This document shows positions 1 through 8,471 of a stretch of 40,420 bases of DNA, piece by piece (position 1 is the stretch's first letter; every line of letters begins with the position of its first letter). A model generated the notes under the pieces. That model was not told the DNA's origin. It saw only the letters and a program-made list of their open reading frames with translations, and did no database searches. The position numbers and the translations under genes are program-made. This DNA is from a virus: IMG/VR virus record IMGVR_UViG_3300025886_000069. One strand, given 5' to 3'.

Positions 1-127
1 AAAAAAGCCAGCTAAGGAGACCCGACATGGCTACTACAAAACGAATTATCGCCGAAGGAACTGTTGAGTGGGTTAAGATTTTCTCGGACCACTTTGATGA
101 TAACATGCAGTATCACGAAAACACTAA
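1..127. repeat. Terminal overlap: identical to 40294-40420 (circular closure or terminal redundancy)
   Basis: Base-by-base comparison of the two ends; unit length is 40293 bp. Confidence 0.95.
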
Positions 128-527
128 GGGCCAATACAACATGATCTTCTATCCGGACAATTTGGAGAAGTTCATTGAAGACGGTTTCCCAGAAGCTAAA
201 GGTGCATTCAAGACTATTAAGGATGGCAACCCGGCTTACGGTTCCGGCAAGTGTGTTAAACTGAAACGCCCGGTCTACAACCCGAACCTCCCAAACGAGG
301 AAGGTGGCAAGGGTGTCTTCATGTCCCCACCCGTTGTCCTTAACCGGACAGAAGATGCTACGGGTTCCGAACAGTGGTCCTTCTCTGAGGACGGTTCTAT
401 TGGGAATGGTTCCCGAGTTAAGGTTCAGGTTTCTGTCTACTACGGTGACCGTGCAACCATCGACACCTTGGAAAAAGTAGCAGTTACAGAGCTCGAAGAG
501 TTTAACGCAGCAGGAGACGACTTCTAA
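27..527 (+). CDS. Single-stranded DNA-binding protein, T7 gp2.5-like
   Basis: AAGGAG Shine-Dalgarno upstream. Acidic C-terminal tail ends in Phe (EEFNAAGDDF), as in gp2.5-type SSBs. Sits beside the exonuclease and polymerase genes. Confidence 0.6.
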   Translation: MATTKRIIAEGTVEWVKIFSDHFDDNMQYHENTKGQYNMIFYPDNLEKFIEDGFPEAKGAFKTIKDGNPAYGSGKCVKLKRPVYNPNLPNEEGGKGVFMSPPVVLNRTEDATGSEQWSFSEDGSIGNGSRVKVQVSVYYGDRATIDTLEKVAVTELEEFNAAGDDF

Positions 528-736
528 TGGATATCAAAATCTCAGTTTCCTTTAACGCCGAAGACGACGGTGTAGACCAGACTCTTTCCCTTGAGGAACT
601 AGACGTAGGCGAGGGCTTGTGTGACACCCTCCGGGTTATGGAAAGTTTCCTCGTATCAATGGGGTTCACTTACGTGGAAACCCTTGTTGCTGAGAAGAGT
701 TCCGGCGGTACGGTAACCTCCCACGACATTTACTAG
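527..736 (+). CDS. Hypothetical acidic protein
   Basis: TAATG overlap with the SSB stop; 69 aa, rich in Asp/Glu. Confidence 0.45.
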   Translation: MDIKISVSFNAEDDGVDQTLSLEELDVGEGLCDTLRVMESFLVSMGFTYVETLVAEKSSGGTVTSHDIY

Positions 737-745
737 GAGCAAGTT

Positions 746-1450
746 ATGAACGGTATCACAAAGACTTTTGTAGATGGGGACATTGTCGCCTATCGGTCAG
801 CAGCTTCCGCAGAGTCAAAGGACCTTAGCCTCCAAGAGGCACAGGACAACGTGGACTCCATGCTGAGTGGGATCGTTCATACTTCCTTGGATTTCCCGGA
901 AGATACAGACTGGGAAGTTTACCTGACTGGAAAGAGTAACTTTCGTTTCGATATTGCCAAGAGCCACCCCTACAAGGGGAATCGAGTCAATAAGGAAAAG
1001 CCAAAGTTCCTTTCTCCCTTACGGGACTACATGGTAGCACGTTGGGACGCCGAGGTCTCCGAGGGGGAGGAAGCTGATGACTTGTGCAGCAAAGCAGCTT
1101 ACAAAAACGGCCCCTCCTCCTGTATTGCCTCAGTAGACAAAGACCTTAAAATGGTCCCTTGTTGGCATTACAACTTTGTAAAAGAAACCTTCACCTACGT
1201 TGAACCCTTCGAGGGTTTGGTGTGGTTCTACACCCAAGTCCTGACCGGAGACCCTGCTGATAATATCAAAGGCATTCACCGGGTAGGGCCTAAGAAAGCT
1301 GCACAAATCCTAGACGGGGCTACCACAGAGGTAGGTCTGTACCGGAGAGTTTTGGAAGCTTACGAGGGTGACCGGGACCGGGTAGTGGAGAACGGGAGAC
1401 TTCTGTGGATGCGTAAGGAAGATAATGAACTGTGGGAGCCACCGGAATGA
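746..1450 (+). CDS. 5'-3' exonuclease / flap endonuclease (T7 gp6 / RNase H-like)
   Basis: N-terminal acidic motif FVDGDIVAY, DKDL, and H3TH segment LTGDPADNIKGIHRVGPKKAAQIL. Confidence 0.8.
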   Translation: MNGITKTFVDGDIVAYRSAASAESKDLSLQEAQDNVDSMLSGIVHTSLDFPEDTDWEVYLTGKSNFRFDIAKSHPYKGNRVNKEKPKFLSPLRDYMVARWDAEVSEGEEADDLCSKAAYKNGPSSCIASVDKDLKMVPCWHYNFVKETFTYVEPFEGLVWFYTQVLTGDPADNIKGIHRVGPKKAAQILDGATTEVGLYRRVLEAYEGDRDRVVENGRLLWMRKEDNELWEPPE

Positions 1451-1806
1451 GTAAGACAGCAACGGCCAAGGCCAAGGGTCGAAATGGGCAACAGGAGGTC
1501 CGTGACGCAATTCTAAAGACCTTCCCCCAACTTGAGCCAGACGACGTCCGTTCTACGGCTATGGGACAGAACGGGGAGGACATTCAACTCTCCCCCACAG
1601 CCCGTAAACTTTTGCCGGTGTCTATCGAAGTGAAACGACGTAAGACTTTTAAGACCCTGTATGACTTTCAAGATCAGGCAAAACAAGACGGCAATTATGA
1701 ACCGGTGGTCTTCCTCCGGGGTGACCGGAAGCCTTGGCTTGTGGTCGTCAACATCGAACACTACTTGGAGCTTGTAGAATGTCACAGTCAGAAGAACAGT
1801 TCATAG
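1447..1806 (+). CDS. PD-(D/E)XK nuclease, Holliday-junction resolvase-like
   Basis: ATGA overlap with the upstream stop (preferred over the 1432 start). E17...D45...E61-V-K63 spacing resembles Hjc / endonuclease I-type resolvases. Confidence 0.55.
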   Translation: MSKTATAKAKGRNGQQEVRDAILKTFPQLEPDDVRSTAMGQNGEDIQLSPTARKLLPVSIEVKRRKTFKTLYDFQDQAKQDGNYEPVVFLRGDRKPWLVVVNIEHYLELVECHSQKNSS

Positions 1807-2015
1807 TTTACGGATGGGCCGAGTTGCCTGAAGGGGGGCTCTACATGACCGTTTGGGACGGTAGTAACCAAGAGTGTCAGGAGTACATCAACTCCCCTCA
1901 AGCACGGCTTGACTTAGAAATGGGAGTGTTTTACGAGTACCTAACTCTCCCGGCTGACTCCGAAGTCACACAGCTGGTGGACACCTACCCATTCGACAAC
2001 CTGACAATTCACTAG
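1779..2015 (+). CDS. Hypothetical protein
   Basis: ATG at 1779 (MSQSEEQF...) inside track ORF 1734..2015; overlaps the upstream gene by 28 nt. Confidence 0.4.
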   Translation: MSQSEEQFIVYGWAELPEGGLYMTVWDGSNQECQEYINSPQARLDLEMGVFYEYLTLPADSEVTQLVDTYPFDNLTIH

Positions 2016-2023
2016 GAGACGAC

Positions 2024-2275
2024 ATGCCCACCGAAAAAGAAGACATCGTGAACCGGCCCTCCCATTACACTAAGTACGTAATTGAGCCCGTCACCTTCAT
2101 CATGACCAACCGTCTCTCGTTTGAGATTGGTAACATTGTGAAGTATGCGTGTCGGGCAGGGGGAAAGCTATACCCTGACCAAGACGAAATCGAATCCCGC
2201 ATCACTGACCTTGAGAAGGTACGACGTTATGCGGAAATGGAAATCAACCGACTGACTGGTAAGGACGTACTGTGA
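2024..2275 (+). CDS. DUF3310-family phage protein
   Basis: GGAG SD upstream. NRPSHY...IEPVTFI...GNIVKYACRAG matches the conserved DUF3310 core as I recall it. Confidence 0.65.
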   Translation: MPTEKEDIVNRPSHYTKYVIEPVTFIMTNRLSFEIGNIVKYACRAGGKLYPDQDEIESRITDLEKVRRYAEMEINRLTGKDVL

Positions 2276-2445
2276 TGATTGAGACATTAAAAGTTGCTGC
2301 ACTGGTGGCTATGGTTTCCCCCTTTATCATTGTTGGAGCCGGAGTACTCTTGGGACTGGTGCTGGGGATTTCTCAAACCTTGCTCGGAGTAGTCTTCGGG
2401 ATGGTCATGGCTTTTCAAGGACTGGACCCGGAAGGTGATGAATAA
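2275..2445 (+). CDS. Small two-pass membrane protein (56 aa, below the ORF-track cutoff)
   Basis: TGATG start-stop overlap. Translation MIETLKVAALVAMVSPFIIVGAGVLLGLVLGISQTLLGVVFGMVMAFQGLDPEGDE. Its stop overlaps the next ATG (TAATG). Confidence 0.4.
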   Translation: MIETLKVAALVAMVSPFIIVGAGVLLGLVLGISQTLLGVVFGMVMAFQGLDPEGDE

Positions 2446-2639
2446 TGAAACTACCACATAGACTTATCATTGATGGCGTAGAGCAATGTGCCTCTGATGA
2501 TGCAGGAGAGTTTTTGAGATTGGCGCATTGGTATCTTGGTAACATGGGGCAGGAGATTGCTGAAAGCGGTATTACTCCGCAATGGGTTAATGATGTTATT
2601 GAAAGGCATAGAGGATATCCGGAAGGTGACGAAGAATGA
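2445..2639 (+). CDS. Hypothetical protein
   Basis: Translationally coupled on both sides (TAATG upstream, ATGA downstream). Confidence 0.4.
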   Translation: MKLPHRLIIDGVEQCASDDAGEFLRLAHWYLGNMGQEIAESGITPQWVNDVIERHRGYPEGDEE

Positions 2640-3076
2640 AACCAGAGTACAATCCAAACGGAACCCTCCGTACTACCTCCGCCCACTACGATGCGGTCAA
2701 AGCATTCACAGTGGCGATGGGTCAACCCGTGGGCGAAGACATCACCTCCCTTGAGACTGGGGGCCTACTCATAATGAGAATGGACCTGATTGAGGAGGAG
2801 GCGTTGGAGATAGCTGACGAACTCCCCGGTGTCTTCACTAACCGAACCCAAGAGGCTATTGACAAAGCAGCCTTTACCAAAGAGTTGGCTGACCTGCTTT
2901 ATGTGACCTACGGGATGGCCGTCACGTTTGGGCTACCACTTGACGAAGTGTTTGAGAGGGTCCATCGGTCCAACATGTCCAAACTAGATGACAACGGTAA
3001 GCCGATTTACCGGGAAGACGGAAAGGTCCTCAAGGGACCTAACTACGAGAAACCAAACTTAGACGACCTTTTCTAG
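2636..3076 (+). CDS. mazG: MazG-like all-alpha NTP pyrophosphohydrolase
   Basis: EEEALEIADE metal-binding helix, ELADLLYVTYG, VHRSNMSKL...DGKVLKGPNYEKPNL C-terminal pattern. Confidence 0.7.
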   Translation: MKPEYNPNGTLRTTSAHYDAVKAFTVAMGQPVGEDITSLETGGLLIMRMDLIEEEALEIADELPGVFTNRTQEAIDKAAFTKELADLLYVTYGMAVTFGLPLDEVFERVHRSNMSKLDDNGKPIYREDGKVLKGPNYEKPNLDDLF

Positions 3077-3195
3077 TGCTGACCCTCTTGCTATTTATCT
3101 TTGCTGCCCCCATCTTAACAGCAGCCCTGCTAGGGGTTGCCGCAGTAGTCTTTAACTTTGTGATGTGGTTACTATGCGAAATCAACAGGCGATAA
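3076..3195 (+). CDS. Putative 39-aa hydrophobic peptide
   Basis: GTG overlapping the mazG stop (TAGTG). Translation VLTLLLFIFAAPILTAALLGVAAVVFNFVMWLLCEINRR; one TM helix. Confidence 0.25.
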   Translation: MLTLLLFIFAAPILTAALLGVAAVVFNFVMWLLCEINRR

Positions 3196-3302
3196 CTTTT
3201 GCCCTGCTTATTGGTTGGTTGGCGGTGGTTATGACCACAGCACTTATGACCGTTCGAACAGAAGAAAACTTGATAAAGGAACTAATTACAAATGTCGGAT
3301 AA
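3174..3302 (+). CDS. Putative 42-aa membrane peptide
   Basis: Translation MRNQQAITFALLIGWLAVVMTTALMTVRTEENLIKELITNVG. It fills the gap before the RNR gene and overlaps its start by 11 nt. Confidence 0.25.
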   Translation: MRNQQAITFALLIGWLAVVMTTALMTVRTEENLIKELITNVG

Positions 3303-5202
3303 TCATTTGCCCACTCCGTATCAGGAGTTTATTGCTAAGTCACGGTATGCCCGTTGGCTAGAATCAGAAGGACGCCGAGAGACTTGGGCAGAGACTGTCT
3401 CACGTTACATGTCCGAGGTTGTTGGGGACAAGCTCCCGGCTCAAGAGAGAGCCAACGTGGAGAACGAAATCCTTGGTCTGGGAATCATGCCGTCAATGCG
3501 TGCAGTCATGACCGCCGGTCCAGCTCTCCACCGTGACAATACCTCGGGCTACAACTGTTCTTATCTCCCGGTGGATGACCCAAAGAGCTTTGACGAAGCT
3601 ATGTTCATTCTCCTCTGTGGGACTGGGGTAGGCTTCTCCGTAGAACGTCAATTCGTGACAAAGCTCCCGGAAGTCCCAGAGGCACTGTTCGAGAGTGAGA
3701 CCACAGTAGTTGTGAAGGATAGCAAAGAGGGTTGGGCAAAGTCCTTCCGTCAAGTTCTGTCCCTCCTGTGGGCAGGAGAGATTCCCCAGTGGGACGTCTC
3801 TAAAGTTCGTCCCTCCGGTGCTAGGCTCAAGACCTTCGGAGGACGTGCATCCGGTCCTGCTCCACTGGTTGACCTGTTCAACTTTGCTGTTGCAGTTTTC
3901 AAGAAAGCCAAGGGACGCAAGCTGACTTCCCTAGAGTGCCATGACTTGATGTGTAAAATCGGTCAGGTTGTAGTTGTGGGAGGTGTCCGACGTTCCGCAA
4001 TGATTAGCCTGTCCAACCTGTCAGATGACCGGATGCGGAATGCAAAGTCCGGCCAGTGGTGGGAGAACGAAGCACAGAGGGCTTTGGCTAACAACTCGGT
4101 TTCTTACACCGAGAAGCCAGACGTTGAGTTGTTCATGAAAGAGTGGGCTTCCCTTATCGAGTCCAAGTCCGGTGAACGTGGTATCTTCAACCGCAAGGCT
4201 GCGGAGGCACAGGCACTAAAGAACGGACGTCGGGAAGGTGGCTACGAGTGGGGGACCAACCCTTGTTCGGAAATCATCTTGCGTCCGTACCAATTCTGCA
4301 ACCTTACTGAGGTCGTCGTACGTTCTGACGACACAGTAGAAACACTTGAGGAAAAGGTACGTCTGGCCACAATTCTAGGGACCGTGCAAAGCACCTTCAC
4401 TAAGTTCCCCTACCTTCGCAAGGTCTGGCAAAAGAACACTGAGGAGGAACGTTTGTTGGGGGTCAGCCTCACCGGGATTATGGACAACCCCTTAATGACC
4501 ACTGCGAACGCAGGGTTGGAGAAAACCTTGGAGCACCTTAAGTCTGTGGCGGTAGCTACAAACAAGGAGTGGGCTGAGAAGCTTGGGGTTCAGCAGTCTG
4601 CTGCAATCACTTGTGTAAAACCTTCCGGGACAGTTTCCCAGTTGGTAGACTCTGCCTCCGGGATTCATGCCCGACACAGTGAGTTTTACATCCGTACTGT
4701 CCGGGGTGACAACAAAGACCCCCTGACAGAGTTCTTGATTGACTCCGGGGTCCCTTGTGAACCCGACGTTATGAACCCGAACACCACTACTGTGTTCTCG
4801 TTTCCGGTTAAGTCACCGGGGGGACATTGGGCTGTTGTACGTGGTGACATGACGGCCATAGAACAGTTGGAGACTTGGTTGGAGTATCAGAGGCACTGGT
4901 GTGAACATAAGCCCTCCATCACTGTTTCTGTCCGAGAGGATGAGTGGTTGGACGTTGGTGCTTTTGTCTACCGTCACTTCGACGAAATGTCCGGGGTTTC
5001 CTTCCTACCTCACTCGGACCATACCTACCAGCAAGCTCCGTATCAGGAGTGTTCCGAAGAGGATTACGAAGAGGCACTGTCTAAAATGCCAAAGCTGATT
5101 GACTGGGGCAAGCTCTCGGAGTATGAGTTGGAGGACAACACCTCCGGAATGCAGACCTTGGCCTGTTCTTCGGACGGATGTGAGATAGTGGACTTAACTT
5201 AA
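3292..5202 (+). CDS. nrdJ: Ribonucleotide reductase, class II (B12-dependent, monomeric RTPR-like)
   Basis: 636 aa with active-site loop GTNPCSEIILRPYQFCNLTEV and a C-terminal Cys pair (ACSSDGCE). No beta-subunit gene in the genome. Confidence 0.85.
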   Translation: MSDNHLPTPYQEFIAKSRYARWLESEGRRETWAETVSRYMSEVVGDKLPAQERANVENEILGLGIMPSMRAVMTAGPALHRDNTSGYNCSYLPVDDPKSFDEAMFILLCGTGVGFSVERQFVTKLPEVPEALFESETTVVVKDSKEGWAKSFRQVLSLLWAGEIPQWDVSKVRPSGARLKTFGGRASGPAPLVDLFNFAVAVFKKAKGRKLTSLECHDLMCKIGQVVVVGGVRRSAMISLSNLSDDRMRNAKSGQWWENEAQRALANNSVSYTEKPDVELFMKEWASLIESKSGERGIFNRKAAEAQALKNGRREGGYEWGTNPCSEIILRPYQFCNLTEVVVRSDDTVETLEEKVRLATILGTVQSTFTKFPYLRKVWQKNTEEERLLGVSLTGIMDNPLMTTANAGLEKTLEHLKSVAVATNKEWAEKLGVQQSAAITCVKPSGTVSQLVDSASGIHARHSEFYIRTVRGDNKDPLTEFLIDSGVPCEPDVMNPNTTTVFSFPVKSPGGHWAVVRGDMTAIEQLETWLEYQRHWCEHKPSITVSVREDEWLDVGAFVYRHFDEMSGVSFLPHSDHTYQQAPYQECSEEDYEEALSKMPKLIDWGKLSEYELEDNTSGMQTLACSSDGCEIVDLT

Positions 5203-5211
5203 GGAAAACTG

Positions 5212-5337
5212 ATGGAACCCGACTTCAAGATGTACGAGTTTATTAAGAAGGTCTTGATTGCAGCTGCCCTCGTAGCTATGTCTGCACCAGTGGTCTTCAC
5301 CTTTTTCTCCGGTGGCCCCAACTTTGTGAATGGATAG
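5212..5337 (+). CDS. Putative 41-aa membrane peptide
   Basis: Translation MEPDFKMYEFIKKVLIAAALVAMSAPVVFTFFSGGPNFVNG; one TM helix. Confidence 0.25.
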   Translation: MEPDFKMYEFIKKVLIAAALVAMSAPVVFTFFSGGPNFVNG

Positions 5338-5339
5338 TC

Positions 5340-5456
5340 ATGATTATTGAAACTCTGCACCTACTCCTCCCTTACGTTGCCGGGGCTTATGCCTCGGTGA
5401 TGTTCCTCGGTTTTGCCGGGATGCTCTTGTCATCGAAGTGGAAAAACAATGTCTGA
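5340..5456 (+). CDS. Putative 38-aa membrane peptide
   Basis: Translation MIIETLHLLLPYVAGAYASVMFLGFAGMLLSSKWKNNV; overlaps the thyX ATG by 8 nt. Confidence 0.25.
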   Translation: MIIETLHLLLPYVAGAYASVMFLGFAGMLLSSKWKNNV

Positions 5457-6090
5457 GATTAAAGCCACCTACATCCACCACTGTGGGGATGACCTAACAA
5501 CCGTGAATGCTGCCCGGGTGTCTTTCGATAAGACAAGCCCGGAACTGACTGACCGGGATAGTAAACTTATCCACTACCTAGCAGACCACCAACACCTCTC
5601 CCCTTTCGGTCATGCTTTTGTGACCTTCAAGGTGGATGCTCCTGTCTTTGTGGCCCGGCAATTGGTAAAACACCAGTACCTCCGGATGAACGAAGTAAGC
5701 CGGAGATACGTGGACAGTTCCCCAGAGTTCTACTCTCCTGATTTTTGGAGAGGGAAAGCACGGGACAAAAAACAAGGTTCCTCCGGGGTCCTTCCTCATC
5801 AGCACTTTCTAAATGGGCAGTACGACGAAGCTATGTCCCGAATGGAGAAGGTTTACGACTTCATGATTTCTCAGGGGGTAGCACCGGAACAGGCACGAAT
5901 GGTCCTCCCTCAATCCATGATGACTTCATGGTGGTGGTCAGGCTCTTTGGATGCTTTCGCCAAAATGTGCAACCTACGCATGGGGGCAGATGCACAAGCT
6001 GAGACACGGGAAGTTGCTTTGCAGGTTGCCGAGACACTGGACGAACTTTACCCGGAGTCCTTCCGGGCTCTTATGAAAGGCCAAAAGTAA
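5449..6090 (+). CDS. thyX: Flavin-dependent thymidylate synthase ThyX homologue with a divergent signature
   Basis: ATG at 5449 preferred over TTG at 5413. HLSPFGHAFVTF..., VKHQYLRMNEVSRRYV, PEQARMVLPQS..., AQAETREVA align with the ThyX fold motifs. Confidence 0.75.
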   Translation: MSEIKATYIHHCGDDLTTVNAARVSFDKTSPELTDRDSKLIHYLADHQHLSPFGHAFVTFKVDAPVFVARQLVKHQYLRMNEVSRRYVDSSPEFYSPDFWRGKARDKKQGSSGVLPHQHFLNGQYDEAMSRMEKVYDFMISQGVAPEQARMVLPQSMMTSWWWSGSLDAFAKMCNLRMGADAQAETREVALQVAETLDELYPESFRALMKGQK

Positions 6091-6317
6091 TGCCCTACAC
6101 AATTATTACCCAACCCAACTGCCCCTCCTGTCAGAAGGCAAAACAGCTTCTTAAGGACCGGGGCCTGTCTTACCAAGAGTTCGACTTAACCGACTACAAA
6201 AACAAGTTTCTCTTGGGGTTAATGCGCAAGTCCAGCCTGAACACTGTCCCACAGATTTGGGGACCAACTGGTGAATATGTCGGGGGCTTTGAAGCCTTGG
6301 AGGGATACCATGATTAA
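6090..6317 (+). CDS. Glutaredoxin
   Basis: 75 aa, CPSC redox motif near the N-terminus, TVPQIW...YVGGFEAL; TAATG-coupled to thyX. Confidence 0.8.
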   Translation: MPYTIITQPNCPSCQKAKQLLKDRGLSYQEFDLTDYKNKFLLGLMRKSSLNTVPQIWGPTGEYVGGFEALEGYHD

Positions 6318-6762
6318 AAGACCTTTTGACCCAGCTCTTTACAAGACCTACGACAAGCCCGGACGGGAGGCTCTTGTCTCTCTTCTGGAACAGTGGGGGC
6401 ATGAAATCCTTAACGTCAAGGAAAACTACAACGCAGACATCACCTCTACAAAAGAGGGCAAGGACCACTACTCCGAAGCTGAGATTAAGACAGCTTGGCA
6501 AGGGGACTGGCCGGAGAAGTGGGCAGAGGTACGGATACCGGGCCGGAAAGCCCGACTGCTCACAAAGCACGATGAAGTAACTTTCTACGTGTTCTCCAAC
6601 GACTGTTCCCGAGTGTGGGTCATCCGGGGGGACCAGTTGGACCCGAGGGGCTTACGTCCTGCGTTCGGCCCTAACATTCACCGGGGAGAGTTGTTCTTCC
6701 ATATCCCAGTTACTGACATTCAAGAGGTTCGTTTTGCGGAAGATACGTGGAAAGAAGTCTAA
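6310..6762 (+). CDS. Hypothetical protein, possible PD-(D/E)XK fold
   Basis: ATG at 6310 overlaps the glutaredoxin stop region. ADITS...x13...EAEIK resembles a D...ExK core (weak). Confidence 0.45.
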   Translation: MIKRPFDPALYKTYDKPGREALVSLLEQWGHEILNVKENYNADITSTKEGKDHYSEAEIKTAWQGDWPEKWAEVRIPGRKARLLTKHDEVTFYVFSNDCSRVWVIRGDQLDPRGLRPAFGPNIHRGELFFHIPVTDIQEVRFAEDTWKEV

Positions 6763-7414
6763 GTCAAGTTTCAACCAAACCTTCCCACAGCTGGAGGCTA
6801 AGACGGAGACACAAAGGGCCTACCTAAATTCCCTAAGTGTTTACGACCAAACAATCGTGCTTGGACCTGCGGGGACTGGTAAGACTTACATTGCTGCGTC
6901 CTTTGCAGCCCTTGCACTCAAGTCCGGGGACATTAGTAAGATTGTCATCACCCGTCCTCATGTCGCAGTAGGAAAGGACCTTGGACACCTTCCCGGAACC
7001 GTGTTGGAGAAAACCGTACCTTGGGCTCTGCCTACTCTGGACGTATTGGAGAAATGGTTGGGCAAGGGTGCAGTGGATACCGGACTCAAGAACGGTAAGA
7101 TTGAGATTGCACCTCTGGCCTTGATGCGGGGGAGGTCCTTTGAGGACTCTTTCATAATCGTTGACGAAGCACAGAACATTTCTGTGGCAGAGGTTAAGAT
7201 GCTGGTCACCCGAGTTGGGCAAGGTTCCAAACTTGTTCTGAACGGTGACGTGCAGCAGTCCGACTTACGGGGGTCCAATGGCTTGGAGACACTTATCAGC
7301 TTGAGTGAGAAGTACAACGTCTCGGCTCCGGTTATTGAGTTCTCTGTGGATGACATTGTCCGGTCTGACATTTGTAAGGCTTGGATTGTAGCTTTCATGT
7401 CGGAAGGAATTTAA
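6734..7414 (+). CDS. phoH: PhoH-like ATPase
   Basis: Walker A GPAGTGKTY, ITRP...LGHLPG..EK..PW, PLALMRGRSF, IVDEAQN, NGDVQQSDL. Start uncertain: TTG at 6734 and no in-frame ATG near it. Confidence 0.85.
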   Translation: MRKIRGKKSKSSFNQTFPQLEAKTETQRAYLNSLSVYDQTIVLGPAGTGKTYIAASFAALALKSGDISKIVITRPHVAVGKDLGHLPGTVLEKTVPWALPTLDVLEKWLGKGAVDTGLKNGKIEIAPLALMRGRSFEDSFIIVDEAQNISVAEVKMLVTRVGQGSKLVLNGDVQQSDLRGSNGLETLISLSEKYNVSAPVIEFSVDDIVRSDICKAWIVAFMSEGI

Positions 7415-7421
7415 TTTAGAG

Positions 7422-7451
7422 AGCCCCCTTGACTTCACGGTTAGGGGGGCT
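7422..7451 (+). other. Hairpin AGCCCCC-N16-GGGGGCT after phoH (possible weak terminator)
   Basis: 7-bp GC stem read directly; no T-run; overlaps the candidate promoter. Confidence 0.3.
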
Positions 7452-7457
7452 TAAGTA
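7429..7457 (+). promoter_or_regulatory. Candidate sigma70-type promoter TTGACT-N17-TAAGTA
   Basis: Read directly. Same architecture recurs at 9185 and 34301, each just before an SD-led first gene. Confidence 0.35.
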
Positions 7458-7485
7458 AGGTGGGTAACAACAAAAGGACTCCCCT

Positions 7486-7575
7486 ATGGGACAGGTTTTA
7501 GCAATCACTTTAATTCTGGCGGTGTTTACACTGTTCATACTTTTCATTTACACCCCCATCTTTCTCCCCCTTTAG
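7486..7575 (+). CDS. Putative 29-aa hydrophobic peptide
   Basis: AAGGA SD 7 nt upstream. Translation MGQVLAITLILAVFTLFILFIYTPIFLPL. Confidence 0.3.
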   Translation: MGQVLAITLILAVFTLFILFIYTPIFLPL

Positions 7576-7610
7576 GAGACAGGCAAACTACAACCCGAAA
7601 GGATAATTCT

Positions 7611-7826
7611 ATGGAACTGTCAAAATCAACCTCAACTATCTACAACCACCTGAAGGTCACCGGCTCCATTAGCCAACGGGAAGCTCTGGTGGAGTACAGC
7701 ACCGGCTCACTGTCCAAGGAAATCTCCCGACTCCGGGAAGCTGGTGTAGCCATTCAGACCGTGACGAAGACTCATCCAATCACCGGCAAAGCTTATGCCC
7801 GGTACGTGCTTTCCGAACAGGAGTAG
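7611..7826 (+). CDS. Winged helix-turn-helix DNA-binding protein
   Basis: GAAAGGA SD. GSISQREALVEY...LSKEISRLREAGVAI...GKAYARYVL fits a wHTH pattern. Confidence 0.5.
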   Translation: MELSKSTSTIYNHLKVTGSISQREALVEYSTGSLSKEISRLREAGVAIQTVTKTHPITGKAYARYVLSEQE

Positions 7827-7830
7827 AAAG

Positions 7831-8226
7831 ATGAAGAACCTTTTAGTTGGGCTGTTACTGGCCCTTACCCCATCCGTAGCTCTTGCTGAGTCCAAAGGTC
7901 AGGAAGCAGCTCGGGGAGAACTGCAAGACCTCGGAGCTCTTATCATGGGCCACACGGTTGGCTGTGGCGAAGCTGACTACGACAACATCCAGTCAAGTGC
8001 TGCGTTGCTCTCCCGACTCTACGGGCTGCTTAACGAAGACAGTATCTCCGACGAGGACTTGCTAGAAATGGTGCAGACTGAACTAGCTACCGGAGTAGAC
8101 TTTGCAAAAACGGTCATCTCCGAGGAAGGTTGTTTTCAGTTTAACAAGTACGTTGTTCAAGCCCGTTACGGCTTCAAGTCAGTAGACGACGTGTTCACCC
8201 TCTACGTCCCAACCTCGGGAGTCTAA
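7831..8226 (+). CDS. Secreted protein of unknown function
   Basis: ATG at 7831 gives a classic signal peptide, MKNLLVGLLLALTPSVALA/ES. Confidence 0.55.
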   Translation: MKNLLVGLLLALTPSVALAESKGQEAARGELQDLGALIMGHTVGCGEADYDNIQSSAALLSRLYGLLNEDSISDEDLLEMVQTELATGVDFAKTVISEEGCFQFNKYVVQARYGFKSVDDVFTLYVPTSGV

Positions 8227-8227
8227 C

Positions 8228-8455
8228 GTGAAAGCCTACAGTTACTCGAAGTTCCGGAAGGCAGTCAAGAAAGCAGACGTGGTTTACGGTTCGGTAAGCT
8301 TGAACGCATCTTGCAACGTCCCGGTAAGAATCAAAAAGGGAGCCTTGCTTACTTACCTAGACCTAATCGACAAGGACTCCCCACAACGTCAAAACCCAAT
8401 CTACGCAACGTCCACCAAATCGGACAAGGGACTCCGGGTCCTCCGGTTGGTTTAA
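8228..8455 (+). CDS. Hypothetical basic protein
   Basis: GTG start 1 nt after the upstream stop; 75 aa. Confidence 0.35.
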   Translation: MKAYSYSKFRKAVKKADVVYGSVSLNASCNVPVRIKKGALLTYLDLIDKDSPQRQNPIYATSTKSDKGLRVLRLV

Positions 8456-8471
8456 TTCTAAAGGTGCTGAA

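Noticed and set aside
5413-5448. Track start (TTG at 5413) for thyX, and similar upstream track starts at 1432, 1734, 6271, 7795, 11903, 27321, 28690, 28923, 29941, 33952, 35042 and 35634
   Set aside because: The N-terminal extensions overlap upstream genes and have odd composition. Internal ATG starts give start-stop coupling, an SD or a proper signal peptide.
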